Positions 13,088-27,300 of a stretch of DNA of 64,000 nt are shown here, piece after piece; position 1 is the first letter of the stretch, and the number at the start of each line of letters is the position of its first letter. This DNA is from Octopus vulgaris. Lineage: Eukaryota. Position numbers and translations under genes: made by a program. The stretch lies in assembly GCA_951406725.2 (NCBI GenBank), contig OX597828.1, positions 64,542,001 to 64,606,000 on the forward strand. Reading direction: 5' to 3'. Below the pieces are notes generated by a model. It had not been told where the DNA came from. It worked only from the letters and a program-made list of their open reading frames with translations, and ran no database searches.

Positions 13088-14760
13088 GCTAGCAGAGTTA
13101 CCCGGCGTTGCCCGAGTTACATACAATTGAAGAATTAGACTTTTCTGTTATATTTTCTGTAATGAACTGGAATACCTATGTTTCGAATTTCATCAAAATT
13201 GCAGATAAGGGTTATTTCCCTCTTTACACACCCAAACAAAATTGTAATCGTGCCACATGTATCCCATACTACTGATTTTTATGCGCATATTCCAAAATTC
13301 CAGCCTTATAGAACCTGTTAAAAGGATTTTTCTCCTGAAAAATGGAGGTCATGGAGCTCTAAAATGTGAGAGTTAGCGCCCTTATTGGGGTTGGGCATCT
13401 CAATGTCAACCAGAGAAGTTTAATTACTGAGAATCTTTTTAACTTGGGTCTTACATTTATTGTTTGAATTTCTTTGAAATAGGAAATATATGTTCACTGG
13501 GTTTGTAAAAGAGAGTAAAGCTACAGGAAACCAAAAGACGAATGATCACAATAAGCAGTCAGCTACAGTACCCTAGTCGTTACCACTCCCTATGTAGTAT
13601 TCCTCACCATGCAGGTGAAAGGCACAGACGTAAGATGCATTACGAATCTATAGCAATTGGAAGGGTGTGACCCAACTGAACTAAACATTAACAACAGTAT
13701 GACGTGAGGGCTAAGGAGAAATGAAAGTTGGAGTTTGCAAATGACCACTATACTGATACGTAACTGGACAGAATAAATATACAATCTATAAATGTCTTTG
13801 AATAACCAGTCATTCATCTGGGAAGGCCTTGAACTCACTGTTACCATATGGGGACTATGTGTGACCCAGTGATAATAAAAAGACTGAAAGGAGATCTGCA
13901 ATCAAATAACTTTACTCAACACTTTGCAACTGAATCAGTGGAGGCAAAGATGTCACTCATTTACTTAACAATTTATGCACCATATTGCAGAAATCACAAT
14001 CTAAGTATATGTCAAAGTAAACTCTTACACTGTTGTACCATTGAATTACAAATAATGCTCATCTTCTATGCTCGGATGACCCCACAGCTTCCACGAGTAC
14101 AACTGTATTCGTCTTTGCTTAGATAAAATGACTAAATTGTGGGTGTTATGTCCCCATGAAGTGGTCTTTCTAACTTGTAAGATGAAATTTTATAAATATT
14201 ACTTCATTTGTATCTAATATCTATGGTTAAAATATCATCAACAGCAAAAATATATGAATTGTCATGGGGGTTGTGGCCCTTATGCATAGAATATAATTTC
14301 CAAATTTCGTAAAGATCCATTCAGTACTTTTGACTTAATTTTGGATCATAAAAGAAATTACTAAAATTTGGGAGTTAAGGCCCCCATTAGGGTGTCTTAG
14401 AATCCTCATGTGAAGTGGAAACTTTAAGAATACTTTTTGATGTGTGTCAGATACCCATTGTTGAAATTTCATCAACATCGAAAATTTATGAATTTTCATG
14501 GGGGGTTCTTCCTCCTTTAAGCCATCTGAAATTCAAACCAAACATACGGCATTATACCCGCCCTTATGCATTGAATCTAAGTTTCAAATATCATAAGGAT
14601 CCATTCAGTAATTTTGGTCCATGAAATTGTATGAAACACACAGCATTACCCTTCTCCTTAGGCTTCGATTTTGTGTTCTAAATTTCATTATAATCGGTGC
14701 AGCAGTTTTCGAATGTATAATACACGAACGCATGAAGACATTGTCTTTGATATAATAAAT
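13088..14760 (+). mobile_element. Non-autonomous Helitron/Helentron-like element
   Basis: Starts CTAGCAGAGTTACCCGGCGTTGCCCGAG and contains repeated AAATTTCATCAAAAT/AAATTTCATTATAATCGG motifs typical of such elements. Related pieces at ~18660, ~30650-31030 and ~40920-41900. Confidence 0.45.
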
Positions 14761-14806
14761 GCGAATGTACACATGTACATACATGTATATATATCCATTT
14801 TTATTC

Positions 14807-14838
<32 letters not shown>

Positions 14839-14884
14839 AATGGAGTTAACGCAGGTGTAAACAAGTATTTTTACTTTCGACACT

Positions 14885-16625
14885 TTCGGTTCATTTTGAA
14901 GGATCACAAACCAACTTTTTTACTAACCCATCATTAAGACTTATCTGCCCTTCTAGCTCTGACATCGGTATCCTTAGTAAAAATATACTAGATAAATATA
15001 TTCCTAATTTAATCAAAACATTAAAACTTAGTTTATGGACTAATTCATTTGAAGTAGTTGACTGGTTTAGGTCTATTAGGTGAGTACAAAGTTAGGTGAG
15101 TACAAAGTTTATCCAGTTTGATATTTCCGGCTTGCTCATAACAAAGTTGGTCTCACCCGAGAAGAAATTAATGTTGTGTTGGCAGCTAGAAGATCTATGA
15201 TTAAATTTGATGATAAGTTGTGGGTCCGTAAAGACACACCAGATAGTTTCGATATACCAATGGGAAGTTCTGATTCAGCACAGATAGCTGATTTGGTCTG
15301 TATATATATTTTTTGAAATGGCTGAAGAGTCCCTAACATTTATGGAGGTCTATATCGTGATGATTGTTTACTTTACCTCCAAAATGTTTCCAACCAAAAG
15401 GTACAAAAAGTTAAGAATAGTTTAGTTGATTTTTTCAGTAGAATGGGCTTAAAAATCGTTTTTGATGACGATCTGACGAAGGCCAACTTTTTAGATATTA
15501 CGCTTAATTTACACAGTGACTCTTACTTCCCATATCATAAACCGTTGACCAATCTTAAGTACATTAGCAAATTTACTAATCATCCTGGAGCAATTACTAA
15601 GAACTTAGTTAAAAATATTTCATTTAGATTATCTAAATTATCTGCTAATGTTGATATTTTCAATAATAACGCTGAATTCTATAACTCTGCCTTAATCAAA
15701 GCAGGTTATACAGAAAAAATTTTCTACATTGATTCTGCTCAGTCTAATTGTAAATTCAATAATGTAGATAAGATTTCTAGTCGTAAAAGAATTATTGATA
15801 ACAAACATAACTTACGCAACGATATAAAGCGAATGAAGGCAGATAACCCTTATTTAATCCCCTATTATCGATCTAAAAGTAAATATAACACCTTCAAAAG
15901 TAATTACGCTATGAATACTAGTAAAAATATTTGGTTAATAATTCCTTACGGGAGACAAATTAAATCTAATCTCCCACTGCTGTTTCGTCAAGCTATTGCT
16001 AGGAATTTTCCAAACAATTCTAGATATTACTCTATAATTAATTCACTTAAGGTTAGGATAGGTTTTTCCAAACACAAAATATCTCTTGCAGATTATATCT
16101 TCTCATAATAACAAACTGTTAAATATTAATACATTTACTAATACTAACATTAATTTAGCTAATACCATCCAACCCTCTAGAAATATTAATAACAAGGTTA
16201 TTGTATCTGAAGTCAATTCCAATAGAATTAAATTTATGTCAAGTAACTCTAAGATTAAAAATTCTATATACCAGTGTATAATCAGTACTCGTAATAAAGT
16301 ACGATTTTACATTGGAAGCACATCGTTAGAGTTATCTAAAAGAATTTCTATCCATTACTCAACATTTAGGGATAGAAATAAACGGAATAGTACCGGTCTC
16401 AGCAGACTGATTTGGGATTTAAAAGACCACAATGGACAATTTCATTTAGAATGGTTGATCATCTCAATTTCGATACCATATGACAAAGGCAAGAAACTCT
16501 GTCTTCTCTGCAATTCTGAGCTATTTTTCATTATTTTTTCTAAAAATACTCTAGTAAACACGGTTATAGAGCGAGCATACAGATGTAAGCATTGGCAAAA
16601 ACATACATTTAGTGCATATAAGTAG
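14885..16625 (+). pseudogene. Penelope-type RT plus GIY-YIG endonuclease (frameshifted; possibly Naiad-like clade)
   Basis: Motifs LKDHKP..RLICPSSSDIGILSK, FIQFDI, FDIPMGSSDSAQIADLV, GLYRDD, NFLDITLNL, YISKFTNHP, IYQC...FYIGST, CLLCNSE. Confidence 0.9.
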
Positions 16626-16826
16626 TCTCTATCATTATATATAATTTAAACTTTAATTTCCTTTATATTTAACATTCACTATTAATATCCCTACTCTTTC
16701 TGTTAGCTACTTATGACGTTATATCATATAACGTTTTTTTAAACAATATTAGTAGCGTTCTGTCTATCGCTATACAAATCCATCATTTTTTGCTAAAATG
16801 TCGTATTGACGAGTTTCGTTTTTTTC

Positions 16827-16912
16827 ACTTTCCCGAAGAGAAGATTGCATTGGTTATACCATTTATTCTTTTAAATAGTATCAGTGGAATTTTCGAAACA
16901 TGTGTCGAAAGT
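16827..16912 (+). ncRNA. Type I hammerhead ribozyme of the Penelope element (one core substitution)
   Basis: ACTTTC-CCGAAGA-GAAGATT...AATTTTC-GAAAC-ATGT-GTC-GAAAGT. Stem I is ACTTTC/GAAAGT; stem III is short and palindromic. Confidence 0.7.
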
Positions 16913-17100
16913 AAAAATACTTGTTTACACCTGCGTTACCTCCATTTTTATTCATATTATTCAAAATATTCAACGTAAACACGAAGTTTCTACCTTTATA
17001 AACAAGGAGTTACAACATCTCTACTTGTGAGATTTTTGCTGCCCTGGTAACTATTTATTTATTTTTCCGTGTTATTTGTTAACAAGGTAAAAATACACTC

Positions 17101-17215
<115 letters not shown>

Positions 17216-17468
17216 AAGGTAAATTGATAGATACAACTGAGTGGGCAAACAAAAATATGAGACAAAGCGTAAGGCTTTTTTATGTTGATTAGCCTGGTAC
17301 TTATTCTATTAGTTTCTTGTGGAAACCAGTAAGTTATGAGGATGTAAATAAACGAACAGCAGTTGTGAAACAGTGATGAGGGTGAAACACAGAAACAAAG
17401 TCACACACATACACTTAAATATATACATATATATACGATTGATTTCGTTAAGTTTGTGTCTACGAAAT

Positions 17469-17529
<61 letters not shown>

Positions 17530-18172
17530 TAAAAACGGTAAGATAACAAAAGAAAGAAAGAGACCTCAATATTTTGTAAATAGATGGTGTTGTGGATTTC
17601 CACTTCGGCATCTGAAACTCAGAGTTTTATCTTGACTATTGAGTGATTGCAACATATTATTTTATAGATATATATATATATGTATACACACACACACACA
17701 CACACACACACAAAGATAGATTGTATGGGCAAACAAAAATATGAGATACTGCCTAGCGGGTTTTTTATTTTGATAAGCCTGGTACTTATTCTATCAGTTT
17801 CTTCTTGTGAAACCAGTAAGTTATAGGGATGTAAATAAACGAACACCAGTTGGGAGGCAATAATGAGGGAGAAACACAAAGACACACACACAGACTTACA
17901 TATATACATACATATATATACGATTGATTTCTTTCAGTTTCTGTCTACAAAATCCACTGACAAGGCTTTGGTTGGTCTCAGGCAAGTAGAAGACACACCT
18001 TCCAAGTCACCACACAGTGGGACTGAACCCTGAACCATGTGTTTTGGAACGAAGTTTGTTACCACACAGCCGCACTTGCACCTATGTATGTGTGTGTGTG
18101 TATGGTTGTATATATGTATGCATGCGTATATGTGAATATATATGTGTACATATTACATGTACATCTATATAC

Positions 18173-18227
<55 letters not shown>

Positions 18228-18745
18228 TGTATACATATACAGCTATACACACTCACACACACGCACACACACACATACATAGATACAGGTGTGGCTGTGT
18301 AGTAACAAACTTCGTTCCAAAAAACACATGGTCCTGGGTTTAAATTTAAATTTAAAATAAGGGTGAGAAATTGAATATTAATTTGATTAATATGAATTGA
18401 AAACCAGTGGTGTAGCATATAAGACCATAGCGGATCTTCTTCTTGAAAAATGGATGTCCACTGTTAATGGTTCATCCCTCTTATATAATAGTTTGACTTT
18501 AATAGTTTCAGTATTAAAGTGAAAGTATCTGACTTTACAATAGAGAGATGTTTTTGTTTCACTTTTAACACGTAATACTGAAATAGTGGAGAAGATATGA
18601 TATTGCTCTGGGCTCGCTCTAGGCAAGAAGTTAAACATTTTTTTTTTGCCCATGACACTACATGGACCCTAAGTAAGGCATGTGTAAAATTTGAATGAAA
18701 TTGGTTGTGTAGTTCTCAAGTTTTAGGGATTCATAGTGGAGAAGG

Positions 18746-18800
<55 letters not shown>

Positions 18801-18930
18801 TAATTATGTACCATAGGTTTGTAATTATACTTTTGGAGATAATTATCTCAATAAAACTGCTGTCGAACACAAGGTATGAACTTCATGTGAAATTTAGTTT
18901 TACTGCGTTTATTCTGTGTGTCTTTGTGTG

Positions 18931-18980
<50 letters not shown>

Positions 18981-19053
18981 CGCGTATATATATATATGTA
19001 TATATATATGTATATATATATATATATATGTGTGTGTATATATATGTATGTAT

Positions 19054-19354
19054 ATCACCGTGATCACCGTGACCGACCAGGCTATCAGATGTTGCTACAC
19101 ATCGCTGGTCACAATGCGCTTCGCATTGTTTTAGCCTTCAAATGACGCCACCCCGCTGGCTAAGCGAGCAGGCCAACAGAAGAAAGAGAGAAAGTTGTGG
19201 CGAAAGAGAACAGCAGGGATCGCCACCACCCCCTGCCGGAGCCTCGTGGAGCTTTAGGTGTTATAAACACTCACAACGCCCGGTCTGGGGATCGAAACCG
19301 CGATCCTACAACCGCGAGTCCGCTGCCCTAACCACTGGGCCATTGCGCCTCCAC
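19054..19354 (-). mobile_element. tRNA-derived SINE, family C (tRNA-Arg-like head)
   Basis: Minus head GGAGGCGCAATGGCCCAGTGGTTAGGGCAGCGGACTCGCGG...GTTTCGATCCCC with A/B boxes. The 3' part recurs at ~23915-24010 (+). Confidence 0.75.
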
Positions 19355-19607
19355 TGTGTGTGTATACATGTGTGTGTATATATATGTGTATATATATGTG
19401 TGTGTATATATATGTGTATATATATATATATATGTGTGTGTGTATATATGTGTATATATATATATATATATGTGTGTGTATATATACATACTCATACGTC
19501 CATACATATACAGTTATATATATGCTTTCATAAACAAACATTATTATAATAGAAATATTATTATTTCTAAGTCTCCCTAAAGGAGACTACGGCAGCGGTA
19601 CTGGATA

Positions 19608-19712
19608 TTAATAGTTATCGCGAAGCTAATATGGCAGTCTATAAATATAGGACGAAAGCTGCTTTCGTCCTATATTTATGGACTGCCATATTAGCTTGGC
19701 GATAACTATTAA
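19608..19712. repeat. ~52-bp-arm inverted repeat
   Basis: TTAATAGTTATCG...GGACGAAAGC-T-GCTTTCGTCC...CGATAACTATTAA with few mismatches. Confidence 0.85.
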
Positions 19713-20203
19713 AATACATTATTATAATATAATATATTTAATTATATATTCATTACATAATATATCATATTATTATATTGTAGTCTTACGAAAGCCAATA
19801 TTTCCGATTTCATGACTTAAATGAGCAAAGTGGTGCAAAAAAAAAATGTGATATATTAGTTTTTCTAAATATAACACACCTCCTCCAGTACAGGGTACCC
19901 TTTTTACCTCCTTGGAGACACTCACGTACGTGCACACACGCACACACACACACACACACGCACACACACATATCTGTGAAGGTCAGTTGTTCTTTTTATT
20001 TCACTCTGACCGAGGGTTTCTCTTTTAAAACATATTTCAAGAGTCTTCTTTCTTTCCCATCTCTTTCCACCATGTTACTTCATGCAACCAATATATAAAA
20101 TGTAACAAAAGGGGACAAGAACATGTATATATGTATATATATATATATTTATATATATATATAAGTATATATATTTATATATGTATATATGTATATATAT
20201 AAG

Positions 20204-20238
<35 letters not shown>

Positions 20239-20346
20239 GTATATATATTTTCAAGTATTAGAAATAGCTTTAAAAAAGTTTTTAGCTATTTCTAATGAGT
20301 TCAGTATGCGGCGAAGTAATTTATTTACTAAGCCCTTTTATATATG

Positions 20347-20380
<34 letters not shown>

Positions 20381-20404
20381 ATTATGTATATATATATATA
20401 TGTA

Positions 20405-20467
<63 letters not shown>

Positions 20468-23400
20468 TTATATATATAGATATATACTTAAAAAGCAACA
20501 AATATATCACGAAAACTGTTATTCAGAGATTCACGTTCCTCTTTGACGAACAGGAACGTGAACTCTGGGTAACAATATTTTTTACTGCCTTTTAATAAAG
20601 CATATTACTCTACCTCTGGTATTCGAGTACTATTTTTTCCACCTTACTTCGCATTTATGTGATTACTCTGGTGTATATATATATATATATATACACGTGC
20701 ATTTATGCCGAACATATACAGAGAGAGAGGGAGAGAGGGAACGAGAAGAATAGAGGAAAATAGATAATGAGGGAGCAAGCTGGGGAGAGATATATTGTGC
20801 TGGAAGGGTGCAGTTGGGTTGTGGTGGGGCTGCAGTTGTGGATTACAGATACGAGAAAAGTGTTTGCGCTGGAGTGTTAAACAAATGTGTGCTAAAGCAT
20901 AAGGGTGAGATGCGGGTGGAAGATAGCTATAAATACGGTGTCGGCGGGGAGGCGAGTTTGATAAGGTGGGCAGGGTGTTTGGGGTAATAGGGTGAGAACT
21001 AGCTACTGTTGTTATCATTGCTATCGCATCATCATCGCCGTCACCATCCCATCACCCTCACCGCCGCCGCCGCCATCGTCATCGTCATCATCATCATTTT
21101 CATCATCATTTTCATCATCATTTCCATCATTGGGGCAATAAACGAGATTACGTAGTCACAAATCGAATAGATATAGCGGCCTGAAAGTATATGGTTGTAT
21201 GTTAAGATAGGGAGAACACATTAAGCAATGTTAGAAAGGAAGAAAAAAAAAACTGGATGATCACGGTTGGCGTGTGTTTGATTAGCGATTTGCTGGATCG
21301 GTGATGATTGGAGGTCGGGGTTGTGGAGTAAGCAACAGTGACAATATCAATAACAACAAGAACATCTGTTATAATGAAAACTGTTGCAACAACAAAGAGT
21401 AAATCACTACTGCACCAATAATAGCATGCTAGAAATGGCAGCCAAATCGCGTTCAACTCACACACCCGAGCACCCGAGGAAAGGATGCTGTTGACAAGGT
21501 GCTCCCTGTTTCCTCCGTTCCCTGGAAAATTATTGGAACAAGTAACAACAACAACGAAAACAACAGCAGCAAACTACAACAACAACAATAGCAAACTAAA
21601 ACCCCAAACTACAACAACCACGACAATGACAAACAATTCTTTTTTAATTTTGGCTCCGGAAGGGGCGGGTGAGGGGAACTGATTGCACTTTATTTATCGA
21701 CCTCGGAAGGATGAAACACAATGCTGAGCTCGGCGGCTTTTGAACTCAGAACGTCAAAAACTTGAAGAAATATCTCTAAGCAATTTGTCTAACGCGTTAA
21801 CGATTCTGCCATCAAACTAAAAAACGAAACTTGAAGAGTTGGCTACAACAACAACAATAGCAACATCAATGATAACACACGAAGTTGGAGCCACTGGCTG
21901 AGTGGTTAGAGGGTTGGGTAAAATGCTTTGTGGTTCTCTTTGCTTCGAGTTCAAATGACCCTGAAGTCAATTTGTTTTTTATCGTGTCATGTCCTTTCGT
22001 TTCCTTCTCGAAGACGGTGTTGTGAGATTTGAAGGAGAATTGGCTATTATTTCTAGCAGGTAATGTGACTATGTAGAGCCGCTCTAGTTGGTTCAGTACT
22101 AAAGAAGGTTATGCTGTAATGATAGCGGTGGAGGTGATGGTGGGGTGGCTATATGGGGAAGATGAGATGAGAGAGGGGGGGTTATATACTGCGGTGGTTT
22201 TGATGGTTTAAGGAGAAGGATGGGGTGGGGTAGAGATTCTGTTTTAGCGGCGGTGGCGGTGACGGTGGTTATTGTGTCATGAGTGTGATGGTGAGGGGTT
22301 AGAGAGAGAGAGAGAGAGAGAGAGATGTTACGTTCCAGTGTTGGCGGTGGGGCTGCAGCTTGCAGAGAGGCACTGATACGGGTTACGTTGTAATGGTAGC
22401 GGTAGGAGGCGGTAGGAGGCAGGAGAGAGAGAGAGAGTGAGGGAGGAAGAGGAAAATGTCTATTGACGGTGATGGTTCGTGTGATTGTGGAATATTTCGC
22501 TATTTTCTGGTTTTAATTTTTGTTTTTTGTCGAATATTTCCAGGCAGGAATGAAGCGGGTCGGAAGGGGGGAGGGCAGTTTGTTAAAAACGGTTTTTGCT
22601 TATTGTTTTTCATTTTCATAGTTTGTTCTTATTATATAATTTCTATTTCTACCCCTCACTCCACACCCCACCCGTCTTGTGTCAACCCACATCCGACTTC
22701 CGGTTGCTTACCGACAGCCATTTTACACATGGCTAACTGAGGTCACTCTCTCACCACCACCACCACCACCACCACCACCACCACCGTCACTGGCCTCTCA
22801 CCTCTGCCGCTGCCGCCATACATGCACCGCCACCGCCATCACCACCACCACCACTACTATTGCATTAACTACAACTACTACAACAACCATTTCTATCAAT
22901 ATTATCCCTGCTACTACTATTCATTATTGTACGAAAATACTACTAACATACTATTACTACTACTACTTGAAGAACAACAACAACAACTATTACTACTACA
23001 AGTACCCTTATAACCTTGTTCGTGTCACCTATCAAAAGTCCACCCACCCATCCATACACACAAACACACAGACACCCACGCACGCACGCACGCACAAACA
23101 GAACAACTGCCGCGATACACCATGGCCACCACCACAGCCTTTGCAGTATGCCTTCATCTCCATCTCCTCTTCAGCCTCCCCCTCCGTCACCCCTCCCCTC
23201 AATCACCCACCCTCCATCACCCCTCCACTCTATTACCCTTTCCCCTCTATCACCCCTCCTTCATCACCCCTCCCCTTGATCAACTTAAAATAAACGATCT
23301 TTAAACACAATTACAGTTGATTCTGAAGGAAAAGGGTGCTGCTCGTAGCCTTTGCCCCTTCAACTACGACTGCAGCATGTGACAGTGATGGTGGCTGTGG

Positions 23401-23681
23401 TAGCGGTGGTGGTGGAAGATAGAAGGGGATGGGAAGGGAGGGAGGGACGTTACTCGAGGTTAAGATGGTTAATGTCCAGGTTGAACTTTGCAAGGTCAAA
23501 CAGAGAGGTTCAAGGCGAAGCATTAAGAGGTAAGACGACCCCAACAAGTCATGTGTGTACACACACACACACACACACATTGGTACATACACACACACAC
23601 ACACCAAACACGCATATGTATATATATAATATATATGCACACACACACACAAACACACATTTATATATATATATATATATG

Positions 23682-23759
23682 TATAATCAAAATCAGCAAC
23701 AAGGATATCCAGAGGTAATGCATTATCTTTGGATATCCTTGTTGCTTATTTTGATTATA
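23682..23759. repeat. Palindrome made of the sequence immediately 3' of the 32080 hammerhead cleavage site
   Basis: The right arm TGCATTATCTTTGGATATCCTTGTTGCTTATTTTGAT matches 32164-32200. Confidence 0.8.
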
Positions 23760-23853
23760 ATCACCCCATTTTGAATTATATGGATAATACCATACCAAAT
23801 TCTGGTGCGTTTAACTTAAATACCATATTCAATTGAATCTAAATTTTACTGAA

Positions 23854-23914
<61 letters not shown>

Positions 23915-24029
23915 GTGGCGTCATTCGAAGGCTAAAACAATGCGAACGCATTGTGACCAGCGATGTGTTACAACATCTGATGGTCTGGTCGGTCACGTGA
24001 TCACGTGATATATAAACATATGTATATAT

Positions 24030-24898
24030 GGGTACAGGACGTCACCAACAGTAAGCAACATGAAATACGAAAACAAATGAGTTCAATAGGCAAACAACGA
24101 GAGAAGCATACAACATGCCACGTATCTCGAAGCGATCTTTCAGGCTTAGTTCATAACGCTTGATGTATTCAAAGCCAGGATACCGGACTATTATGAGAAA
24201 GAATGACAAACAAAAAAAGGAAGAACGTGGAGAAAAATAGAACAAGATCAACGCAGTTGTTTATGAAACCAAATTTACTGCAGTGCTCCAAGACAACATA
24301 ATTGAGATGAGAAATTACATCGATTTATACGAAGGCAATTTTAAAGACCGTTAGACAAACCACATTCTTTCAGGCACAATGAGAAAAATAAGGCCTCTAA
24401 GTTGGCCAGCTATGTATGGCATCTGAAAACCAAATACAATCAAGTGTAGAATTGTTGAGAAATCTGCGCCGTGTATAAATGGCTAAAAAGATGCAAATTA
24501 TGCTTTGCTGAAAAGATCACACATTCATTTTATGTCCAAGAATTTCCCCACACTATTTAATTCCAAATCCGAAATGTTTAGCAAATGTAAGTGTCCATGG
24601 ACAGATTTCTTTTGTCGAACTGGAGGCCACCACCCTTTCTGGATTGAGGAGCTTTCTTAATGACTTTGGCCTCCTTTCTCAGCTACATTAATTATATATT
24701 TTTTTTATTTTCTTACTTTTTTCTTTTCCTGTCGTTCTATTTTTTTTTCTTCGCGGTTTTTTCTTTTCGTTTTTTTTTTTCTCTCTCAACTGAACTTGAA
24801 AGGTTGCTTGCAGATAGATGGCATGTTATATAAATTTGCCGTTTTAATATATCTTGAAGCTTGAAACTATTATTAGATCTTTGTAATTGTGTATATTA

Positions 24899-24900
<2 letters not shown>
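24030..24900 (+). mobile_element. Decayed Penelope-like 3' fragment (GIY-YIG) with an upstream inverted terminal segment
   Basis: ~24250-24620 translates to NAVVYETK...RNYIDLYEGNFKDR*TNH..SFRH..KASKLASYVWHLK..KRCKLCFAEK. ~24110-24150 is an inverted homolog of ~24790-24830. Confidence 0.7.
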
Positions 24901-24968
<68 letters not shown>

Positions 24969-26821
24969 TATATATGTATGTATGTATGTAATCCAATGTA
25001 ATCCAAGGAAAAGTTAAGGTCAATACTGCCTGGCCTCAGTACCGTCACAGAACGCAAAGAACTGTAACAGAACGCAAGAACTGTAACTGTAACATAAGGA
25101 ATTCTGATGTTCTATCGATTTTATTAATTCTCCATCTTGGACTGATATTTCATTTGATTGGCACCGGAAGGATAAAAAGAGAAGTGGATACCTCGGTGAG
25201 GTATGAATTCAGAACGTAATGAGTCTGAACAAATAGCGCAAAGATTTTATCCAGCGCTCCAATGACTCGTCCAACACGTCTCCTTAACTGTCAGGAATCG
25301 AATCTATCCGTTTAGATTTCGATGTCACATTATATCTAAGCCCCTTCGTGTTTTTGACTTCATAAGGATACTATTCTAGAGAAACTTAAAATCGTTACAT
25401 TAAGTCAGTGGCTGGCAAACTGCAGCCCGCAGGACTTTCTGGATAGCATGCCTAACGAAAAATTACCTTGATTTCTTTTTAATTGTGCGGTCCACCTGAT
25501 AATGAGCCGTATCTTATGAGGCACACTTCTCGAAAAAGTTTGCACATATTTACATTAAGTGTAGAGTTGAATAGAGTCTCTAGAAGAGTCCCTAGAAGAT
25601 TGTGGTGCAGAGTGAAAAACGTTTATTTCTTGGTCAGACTTGTTCATTTTCACAAAGCTGTTTCTATGGCCGAATTTTGATTGATTGTATTGTTGGTTGG
25701 ATCTTTGCCTTCTTCAGACACTCTTTAGACAACCGATTCCACGTTTCAAATGTTCAAAAAAAAAAAGTATTCTATGTTTCCTTCAAACCTTTCTTTTTAT
25801 TCCTTAATCTTAAAATGTTGCAGTCTATTAGTTTTTGTTTTGTTGCTTCTAATTTTTCCATAAATCTCTGCTGCTTCGCTTTGTTAGATCAGAATGAATA
25901 TAAATTTTTTTTCTTTTGATTACCAACAAAATTGCAGAAAGTAACTAAGTTTGTACACGAAATAAATGAAAAAAAAATATAGGAATAAAACTTTGAAATT
26001 AATTGGTCAACTAATTAGTCCAGGCTACAGAATCATTAATTACAAATGTCGCTTTAGACAAACAGAAGGATCAACAAAACCAAGTTTATCCCCACACACA
26101 CACACACACCGAAGAAAACTTCTCAATTATTAATGAACCGAAATCGGTAATTCCTTTATCGCTGTATTGAACCCACCTACTCCAGCGTCTAGTTAAGAAA
26201 TAGTCTGATCGACACAGGTGAAAGATATGAAACAAATATGATTGATTTCAATGACTCTTATGACTCGTCACTGATAAGTTGTTGAGTGAAACCTCAAGTT
26301 TTTATATTGTTTGTTTTATCAAAGAAAAACTTGGCGGTTAAACATATTCTTTAATTCTTATCGAATTTCTTTCAAGCTTTTCATTTTTTTCTTTCTGGTT
26401 GCATGGAAACTAATTGTAGTGACTTGCAGGTGCGGGTTGCCATAATCAATCAGTAGATGCCCCCTACTCCAGGCAGTATCGATTTTACACTCTCGTTCTC
26501 CGGTTCACCCGCGGTTCTAGATTATCGCACAAATCCAATCGCTAAGTAAGCAACTGAATACAAGTCGTAGGAAATATTGTTATCATCATCCTTATCATTG
26601 TTGTTGTTGTTATTGCTGTTTTTGTTATTAACACACCGGGCGAAATGCTTTGCAGTAATTCGTCTACTGCTACGTTCTGAGTTCAAATTCCGCCGAGGTC
26701 GACTTTGCCTTTCATCCTTTCGGGGGTCAGTGAAATAACTACCACTTGTGTACTAGGTTCGGTATGATCGACTAGCCCCATCCCCTCAAATTCCAAGCAT
26801 TGTGCTTATAGTAGTAAGGGA

Positions 26822-26885
<64 letters not shown>

Positions 26886-26887
<2 letters not shown>

Positions 26888-27105
26888 GCGATGAGCTGGC
26901 AGAATCGTTAGCACGCTGGTCGAAATGCTTAGCGCTATTTCGCCTGTTGCTATGTTCTGAGTTCAATTTCCGCCAAGGTTGACTTAGCCTTTCATCCTTT
27001 CGGGGACGATAAACTAGGCTCCAGTTACGTACTGGGGTCAATGTAATCGACTGAGCTCTCCACCCAAATTTCAGGCCTTGTGCCTATAGTAGAGAAGATT
27101 ATTAT
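26886..27105 (+). mobile_element. SINE family B, near full length, in a tandem cluster (26630-27235) within (TTA)n
   Basis: Head GAGCTGGCAGAATCGTTAGCACG, B-box-like GAGTTCAATT, tail GTAGAGAAGATTATT. Confidence 0.75.
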
Positions 27106-27237
27106 CATCATTATTCCGCCGAGGTAGACTTTGCCTTTCATCTTTTCGGAGTCGATTAAATAAGTACCAGTTGCGCACTGGGGTCGATGTAATCGTCTTA
27201 ATCCCCCTCCCATTGTGGTAAAAGTTTGAAATCATCA

Positions 27238-27299
<62 letters not shown>

Positions 27300-27300
<1 letters not shown>

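Larger units (their letters stand above)
14833..17100 (+). mobile_element. Penelope-like retroelement, 5'-truncated, with an inverted partial terminal repeat, inserted in (TA)n
   Basis: 14833-14883 is the reverse complement of ~16902-16950; RT and GIY-YIG coding sequence lie inside; hammerhead in the 3' region. Confidence 0.85.

Noticed and set aside
19270-19354. tRNA-Arg-like sequence, and tRNA-like heads of family A copies
   Set aside because: These are SINE heads without a proper acceptor stem that continue into the repeat body.
22679-23293. Long Pro/Thr/His-rich ORFs (also 44775-45302 and 29478-30044)
   Set aside because: Low-complexity trinucleotide or CT-rich sequence.
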